Shown here piece by piece: positions 10,503 through 18,161 of a DNA stretch of 18,161 bases. The position numbers were made by a program, and so were the translations under genes. Below the pieces are notes generated by a model. The model was given only the letters and a program-made list of their open reading frames with translations. It ran no database searches and was not told where the DNA came from. The DNA is from Azolla caroliniana. Its lineage: Eukaryota > Plantae > Polypodiophyta. Where the stretch lies: NCBI GenBank assembly GCA_043228905.1, contig JBHGNT010000660.1, forward strand, positions 1 through 18,161. Reading direction: 5' to 3'. Within the stretch, counting starts at the first letter, position 1. Each line of letters opens with the position of its first letter.

Positions 10503-12816
10503 GTCGAGAGACATGACGAAATTACCAAATTTGAGGAGGGAGTTGAGAAGAGCTAGTAGGTAAATTAAAATGTTCATACCTGGCTCGTGTGATATCGGAT
10601 TTTTGTGTTCAAACATGCGAATCGAAGCTAACAACGCTAGCTATGATATGGAATTAAAAAATCAAGATTTTGAAACTAAGGTCGAGAGACATGACGAAAT
10701 TAGCAAATTTGAGGAGTGAGTTGAGAGGAGCCCTTGAGTAAATTAAAATGGTTATACTTAGCGAGTGTGATACCGGATTTTTGTGTTCAAACATGCGAAT
10801 CGAAGCTAACAACGCTAGCTATGATATCGAATTAAAAAATCAAGATTTTAAAACCCAGGTCGAGAGACATGACGAAATTACAAAATTTGAGGAGGGAGTT
10901 GAGAGGAGCCCTTGAGTAAATTAAAATGTTCATACCTGGCTCGTGTGATATCGGATTTTTGTGTACAAACATGCGAATCGAAGCTAACAACGCTAGCTAT
11001 GATATGGAATTAAAAAATCAAGATTTTGAAAATCAGGTCGAGAGACATGACGAAATTAGCAAATTTGAGGAGTGAGTTGAGAGGAGCCCTTGAGTAAATT
11101 AAAATGGTCATACCTAGCGAGTGTGATATCGGATTTTTGTGTACAAACATGCGAATCGAAGCTAACAACGCTAGCTATGATATAGAATTAAAAAATAGAG
11201 ATTTTGAAACTCATGTCGAGAGACATGACGAAATTACCAACTTTGAGGAGTGAGTTGAGAGGAGCCCTTGAGTAAATTAAAATGTTCATACCTAGCGAGT
11301 GTGATATCGGATTTTTGTGTACAAACATGCGAATCGAAGCTAACAACGCTAGCTATGATATGGAATTAAAAAATCAAGATTTTGAAACTCAGGTCGAGAG
11401 ACATGACGAAATTTCCAAATTTGAGAAGGGAGTTGAGAAGAGCTAGTAGGTAAATTACAATGTTCATACCTGGTTCGTGTGATATCGGATTTTTGTGTTC
11501 CAACATGCGAATCGAAGCTAAGAACGCTAGCTATGATATGGAATTACAAAATCAAGATTTTGAAACTCCAGTCGAGAGACATGACGAAATTACCAAATTT
11601 GAGGAGTGAGGTTGAAAGAGCGCGTGAGTGAATTAAAATGTTCATACCTGGCTCGTGTGATATCGGATTTTTGTGTTCAAACATGCGAATCGAAGCTAAC
11701 AACGCTAGCTATGATATGGAATTAAAAAATCAAGATTTTGAAACTCAGGTCGAGAGACATGACGAAATTAGCAAATTTGAGGAGTGAGTTGAGAGGAGCC
11801 CTTGAGTAAATTAAAATTTTCATACCTGGCTCGTGTGATATCGGATTTTTTTGTTCAACCATGCGAATCGAAGCTAACAACGCTAGCTATGATATGGAAT
11901 TAAAAAATCAAGATTTTGAAACTAAGGTCGAGAGACATGACGAAATTAGCAAATTTGAGGAGTGAGGTTAGAGGAGCCCTTGAGTAAATTAAAATGTTCA
12001 TACCTGGCTCGTGTGATATCGGATTTTTGTGTTCAAACATGCGAATCGAAGCTAACAACGCTAGCTATGATATGGATTTAAAAAATCAAGATTTTGAAAC
12101 TAAGGTCGAGAGACATGACGAAATTAGCAAATTTGAGGAGTGAGTTGAGAGGAGCCCTTGAGTAAATTAAAATGGTTATACTTAGCGAGTGTGATATCGG
12201 ATTTTTGTGTTCAAACATGCGAATCGAAGCTAACAACGCTAGCTATGATATCGAATTAAAAAATCAAGATTTTAAAACCCAGGTCGAGAGACATGACGAA
12301 ATTACAAAATTTGAGGAGGGAGTTGAGAGGAGCCCTTGAGTAAATTAAAATGTTCATACCTGGCTCGTGTGATATCGGATTTTTGTGTACAAACATGCGA
12401 ATCGAAGCTAACAACGCTAGCTATGATATGGAATTAAAAAATCAAGATTTTGAAACTCAGGTCGAGAGACATGACGAAATTACCAACTTTGAGGAGTGAG
12501 TTGAGAGGAGCCCTTGAGTAAATTAAAATGGTTATCCCTAGCACGTGTGATATCGGATATTTGTGTTCAAACATGCGAATCGAAGCTAAGAACGCTAGCT
12601 ATGATATGGAATTAAAAAATCAAGATTTTGAAACTCAGGTCGAGAGACATGACGAAATTACCAAATTTGGGGAGTGAGTTGAGAGGAGCCCTTGAGTGAA
12701 TTAACATGTTCATACCTGGCTCGTATGATATCGGATTTTTGTGTACAAACATGCGAATCGAAGCTAACAACGCTAGCTATGATATGGAATTGAAAAATCA
12801 AGATTTTGAAACTCAG

Positions 12817-14062
12817 GTCGAGAGACATGACGAAATTAGCAAATTTGAGGAGTGAGGTTGGAAGAGCGCGTGAGTGAATTAAAATGTTCATACCTGGCTC
12901 GTGTGATATCGGATTTTTGTGTTCAAACATGCGAATCGAAGCTAACAACGCTAGCTATGATATGGAATTACAAAATCAAGATTTTGAAACTCAGGTCGAG
13001 AGACATGACGAAATTACAAAATTTGAGGAGGGAGTTAAGAAGAGCTAGGAGGTAAATTACAATGTTCATACTTGGCTCGTGTGATATCAGATTTTTGTGT
13101 TCAAACATGCAAATCGAAGCTAACAACGCTAGCTATGATATGGAATTAAAAAATCAAGATTTTGAAAATCAGGTCGAGAGGCATGACGAAATTAGCAAAT
13201 TTGAGGAGTGAGTTGAGAGGAGCCCTTGAGTAAATTACAATGTTCATACCTAGCGAGTGTGATATCGGATTTTTGTGTACAAACATGCGAATCGAAGCTA
13301 ACAATGCTAGCTATGATATGGAATTAAAAAATCAAGATTTTGAAACTCAGGTCGAGAGACATGACGAAATTTCCAAATTTGAGGAGGGAGTTGAGAAGAG
13401 CTAGTAGGTAAATTACAATGTTCATACCTGGTTCGTGTGATATCGGATTTTTGTGTTCAAACATGCGAATCGAAGCTAACAACGCTAGCTATGATATGGA
13501 ATTACAAAATCAAGATTTTGAACCTCCAGTCGAGAGACATGACGAAATTACCAAATTTGAGGAGTGAGGTTGGAAGAGCGCGTGAGTGAATTAAAATGTT
13601 CATACCTGGCTCGTGTGATATCGGATTTTTGTGTTCAAACATGCGAATCGAAGCTAACAACGCTAGCTATGATATGGAATTAAAAAATCAAGATTTTGAA
13701 ACTCAGGTCGAGAGACATGACGAAATTACAAAATTTGAGGAGGGAGTTAAGAAGAGCTAGGAGGTAAATTACAATGTTCATACTTGGCTCGTGTGATATC
13801 AGATTTTTGTGTTCAAACATGCAAATCGAAGCTAACAACGCTAGCTATGATATGGAATTAAAAAATCAAGATTTTGAAAATCAGGTCGAGAGGCATGACG
13901 AAATTAGCAAATTTGAGGAGTGAGTTGAGAGGAGCCCTTGAGTAAATTACAATGTTCATACCTAGCGAGTGTGATATCGGATTTTTGTGTACAAACATGC
14001 GAATCGAAGCTAACAATGCTAGCTATGATATGGAATTAAAAAATCAAGATTTTGAAACTCAG
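12817..14062. repeat. Local duplication of a C-B'-A trimer at 712-bp (4-monomer) offset
   Basis: Monomers at 12995 and 13707 share GTTAAGAAGAGCTAGGAGG, CTTGGCTCG and ATCAGA. Monomers at 13173 and 13885 share GAGGCATG and AACAATGCT. Both pairs are preceded by C monomers (12817, 13529). Confidence 0.85.
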
Positions 14063-17000
14063 GTCGAGAGACATGACGAAATTACCAAATTTGAGGAGTG
14101 AGGTTGGAAGAGCGCGTGAGTGAATTAAAATGTTCATACCTGGCTCGTGTGATATCGGATTTTTGTGTTCAAACATGCGAATCGAAGCTAACAACGCTAG
14201 CTATGATATGGAATTACAAAATCAATATTTTGAAAAATCAGGTCGAGAGGCATGACGAAATTAGCAAATTTGAGGAGTGAGTTGAGAGGAGCCCTTGAGT
14301 AAATTAAAATGTTCATACCTAGCGAGCGTGATATCGGATTTTTGTGTTCAAACAGGCGAATCGAAGCTAACAACACTAGCTATGATATGGAATTAAAAAA
14401 TCAAGATTTTGAAACTTAGGTCGAGAGACATGACGAAATTCGCAACCTTGACGAGGGAGTTGAGAGGAGCACTTGAGTAAATTAAAATGTTCATACCTAG
14501 CGAGTGTGATATCGGATTTTTGTGTTCAAACATGCGAATCAGAGCTAACAACGCTAGCTATGATATGGAATTAAAAAATCAAGATTTTGAAACTAAGGTC
14601 GAGAGACATGACGAAATTAGCAAATTTGAGGAGTGAGTTGAGAGGAGCCCTTGAGTAAATTAAAATGGTCATACCTAGCGAGTGTGATATCGGATTTTTG
14701 TGTACAAACATGCGAATCGAAGCTAACAACGCTAGCTATGATATGGAATTAAAAAATCAAGATTTTGAAACTCAGGTCGAGAGACATGACGAAATTACTA
14801 AATTTGAGCAGGAAGTTAAGAAGAGCTAGTAGGTAAATTACAATGTTCATACCTGGCTCGTGTGATATCAGATTTTTGTGTTCAAACATGCAAATCGAAG
14901 CTAAGAACGCTAGCTATGATATGGAATTAAAAAATCAAGATTTTGAAAATCAGGTCGAGAGACATGACGAAATTAGCAAATTTAAGGAGTGAGTTGAGAG
15001 GAGCCCTTGAGTAAATTACAATGTTCATACCTAGCGAGTGTGATATCGGATTTTTGTGTACAAACATGCGAATCGAAGCTAACAATGCTAGCTATGATAT
15101 GGAATTAAAAATCAAGATTTTGAAACTCAAGTCGAGAGACATGACGAAATTACCAAATTTGAGGAGTGAGGCTGGAAAAGCGCGTTAGTGAATTAAAATG
15201 TTCATACCTGGCTCGTGTGATATCGGATTTTTGTGTTCAAACATCCGAATCGAAGCTAAGAACGCTAGCTATGATATGGAATTACAAAATCAAGATTTTG
15301 AAAAATCAGGTCGAGAGGCATGACGAAATTAGCAAATTTGAGGAGTGAGTTGAGAGGAGCCCTTGAGTAAATTAAAATGTTCATACCTAGCGAGCGTGAT
15401 ATCGGATTTTTGTTTTCAAACATGCGAATCGAAGCTAACAACGCTAGCTATGATATGGAATTAAAAAATCAAGATTTTGAAACTCAGGTCGAGAGACATG
15501 ACGAAATTAGCAAATTTGAGGAGTGAGTTGAGAGGAGCCCTTGAGTAAATTAAAATGTTCATACCTGGCTCGTGTGATATCGGATTTTTGTGTTCAAACA
15601 TGCGAATCGAAGCTAAGAACGCTAGCTATGATATGGAATTAAAAAATCAAGATTTTGAACTTCAGGTCGAGAGACAAGACGAAATTACCAACTTTGAGGA
15701 GTGAGTTGAGAGGAGCCCTTGAGTAAATTAAAATGGTTATACCTAGCACGTGTGATATCGGATTTTTGTGTTCAAACATGCGAATCGAAGCTAAGAACGC
15801 TAGCTATGCTATGGAATTAAAAAATCTAGATTTTAAAACCCAGGTCGAAAGACATGACGAAATTACGAAATTTGAGGACGGAGTTGAGAGGAGCCCTTGA
15901 GTAAATTAAAATGTTCATACCTGGCTCGTGTGATATCGGATTTTTGTGTTTAAACATGCGAATCGAAGCTAACAACGCTAGCTATGATATGGAATTAAAA
16001 AATCAAGATTTTGAAACTAAGGTCGAGAGACATGACGAAATTACCAAATTTGAGGAGGGAGTTGAGAAGAGCTAGTAGGTAAATTACAATGTTCATACCT
16101 GGCTCGTGTGATATCGGATTTTTGTGTTCAAACATGCGAATCGAAGCTAACAACGCTAGCTATGATATGGAATTAAAAAATCAAGATTTTGAAAAATCAG
16201 GTCGAGAGGCATGACGAAATTACTAAATTTGAGCAGGAAGTTAAGAAGAGCTAGTAGGTAAATTACAATGTTCATACCTGGCTCGTGTGATATCAGATTT
16301 TTGTGTTCAAACATGCATATCGAAGCTAAGAACGCTAGCTATGATATGGAATTAAAAAATCAAGATTTTGAAAATCAGGTCGAGAGACATGACGAAATTA
16401 CCAACTTTGAGGAGTGAGTTGAGAGGAGCCCTTGAGTAAATTAAAATGTTCATACCTAGCGAGTGTGATATCGGAATTTTGTGTACAAACATGCGAATCG
16501 AAGCTAACAACGCTAGCTATGATATGGAATTGAAAAATCAAGATTTTGAAACTCAGGTCGAGAGACATGACGAAATTAGCAAATTTGAGGAGTGAGTTGA
16601 GAGGAGCCCTTGAGTAAATTACAATGTTCATACCTAGCGAGCGTGATATCGGATTTTTGTGTTCAAACATGCGAATCGAAGCTAACAACGCTAGCTATGA
16701 TATGGAATTAAAAAATCAAGATTTTGAAACTAAGGTCGAGAGACATGACGAAATTAGCAAATTTGAGGAGTGAGTTAAGAAGAGCTAGTAGGTAAATTAC
16801 AATGTTCATACTTGGCTCGTGTGATATCAGATTTTTGTGTTCAAACATGCAAATCGAAGCTAACAACGCTAGCTATGATATGGAATTAAAAAATCAAGAT
16901 TTTGAAAATCAGGTCGAGAGGCATGACGAAATTAGCAAATTTGAGGAGTGAGTTGAGAGGAGCCTTTGAGTAAATTACAATGTTCATACCTAGCGAGTGT

Positions 17001-17447
17001 GATATCGGATTTTTGTGTACAAACATGCGAATCGAAGCTAACAATGCTAGCTATGATATGGAATTAAAAAATCAAGATTTTGAAACTCAGGTCGAGAGAC
17101 ATGACGAAATTACCTAATTTAAGGAGTGAGGTTGGAAAAGCGCGTGAGTGAATTAAAATGTTCATACCTGGCTCGTGTGATATCGGATTTTTGTGTTCAA
17201 ACATGCGAATCGAAGCTAACAACGCTAGCTATGATATGGAATTACAAAATCAAGATTTTGAAAAATCAGGTCGAGAGGCATGACGAAATTAGCAAATTTG
17301 AGGAGTGAGTTGAGAGGAGCCCTTGAGTAAATTAAAATGTTCATACCTAGCGAGCGTGATATCGGATTTTTGTGTTCAAACATGCGAATCAGTGCTAAGA
17401 ACGCTAGCTATGATATGGAATTACAAAATCAAGATTTAGAAACTAAG

Positions 17448-18159
17448 GTCGAGAGACATGACGAAATTAGCAAATTTGAGGAGTGAGTTGAGAGGAGCCT
17501 TTGAGTAAATTAAAATGGTCTTACCTAGCGAGTGTGATATCGGATTTTTGTGTTCAAACATGCGAATCGAAGCTAACAACGCTAGCTATGACATGGAATT
17601 AAAAAATCAAGATTTTGAAACTCAAGTCGAGAGACATGACGAAATTACTAAATTTGAGCAGGAAGTTAAGAAGAGCTAGTAGGTAAATTACAATGTTCAT
17701 ACCTGGCTCGTGTGATATCAGATTTTTGTGTTCAAACATGCAAATCGAAGCTAAGAACGCTAGCTATGATATGGAATTACAAAATCAAGATTTAGAAACA
17801 AAGGTCGAGAGACATGACGAAATTAGCAAATTTGAGGAGTGAGTTGAGAGGAGCCTTTGAGTAAATTAAAATGGTCATAACTAGCGAGTGTGATATCGGA
17901 TTTTTGTGTACAAACATGCGAATCGAAGCTAACAACGCTAGCTATGACATGGAATTAAAAAATCAAGATTTTGAAACTCAAGTCGAGAGACATGACGAAA
18001 TTACTAAATTTGAGCAGGAAGTTAAGAAGAGCTAGTAGGTAAATTACAATGTTCATACCTGGCTCGTGTGATATCAGATTTTTGTGTTCAAACATGCAAA
18101 TCGAAGCTAAGAACGCTAGCTATGATATGGAATTACAAAATCAAGATTTAGAAACAAAG
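17448..18159. repeat. Dimer (356-bp) duplication at the right edge (17448-17803, 17804-18159)
   Basis: An A monomer (GAGCCTTTG, ATGGTC, GACATGG, CTCAAG) plus a B'' monomer (TACTAAATTTGAGCAGGAAGTTAAG, GATTTAGAAACAAAGG) occurs twice with only a few differences. It may continue beyond the window. Confidence 0.85.
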
Positions 18160-18161
18160 GT

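Larger units (their letters stand above)
1..18161. repeat. Tandem satellite DNA array, ~178-bp monomer, 102 complete copies (centromeric/heterochromatic-type satellite; family not recognised)
   Basis: The anchor GTCGAGAGACATGACGAAATT (or a close variant) recurs at 3, 181, 359, 536, 714, 891, 1069, then every 178 bp (e.g. 5341, 10681) up to 14063, and on to 17982 with a few 1-bp indels; the next unit starts at 18160. Representative monomer: gtcgagagacatgacgaaattagcaaatttgaggagtgagttgagaggagcccttgagtaaattaaaatgttcatacctagcgagtgtgatatcggatttttgtgttcaaacatgcgaatcgaagctaacaacgctagctatgatatggaattaaaaaatcaagattttgaaactcag (A64 T48 G42 C24). No unique sequence or inverted monomer was seen. The array runs off both window ends. 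Confidence 0.99.

Noticed and set aside
12658-16688. 96-aa minus-strand ORFs at 12658-12948 and 16398-16688
   Set aside because: They arise from the same GAATTG SNP plus the TGTACA variant removing a second stop. There is no recognisable protein family; this is translated satellite.
12852-17308. 60-67-aa plus-strand ORFs (12852, 14098, 15166, 17126)
   Set aside because: They arise in C-type monomers with GTG starts and a TAA>TAC variant (ATTACAAAA). There is no independent sign of coding function.
1-18161. CRISPR-like or cassette-array interpretation (conserved repeat plus variable box)
   Set aside because: The constant part is ~150 bp and the variable box has only three related alleles reused many times, not unique spacers. 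No cas, integrase, recombinase or reverse transcriptase gene and no leader is present in the window.
1-18161. Identity with Arabidopsis CEN178, Brassica CentBr, alpha satellite, or 5S rDNA/tRNA tandem arrays
   Set aside because: The length is similar to some of these, but from memory the sequence does not resemble them, and I see no 5S or tRNA structure. A BLASTN or Rfam search would be needed to name the family.

Overview
The whole window is one uninterrupted head-to-tail tandem satellite array. It holds 102 monomers of about 178 bp (three of 177 bp, four of 179 bp), all in the same orientation; a typical monomer is about 37% GC by hand count. I find no genes, RNA genes, transposons or CRISPR array, and all listed ORFs are by-products of single-base variants that remove a stop codon. 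The monomer length and organisation resemble eukaryotic centromeric or heterochromatic satellite DNA, but I do not recognise the family or species. The interesting content is the architecture. Three monomer subtypes (A/B/C) are defined by a 27-bp variable box. A young, nearly identical 11-monomer (1958-bp) higher-order repeat (HOR) occurs three times at 3027-8900 and appears built from nested 5-mer and 3-mer duplications, followed by a 9-mer variant. This homogeneous core is flanked on both sides by more diverged monomers that share private haplotypes, which suggests layered expansion.
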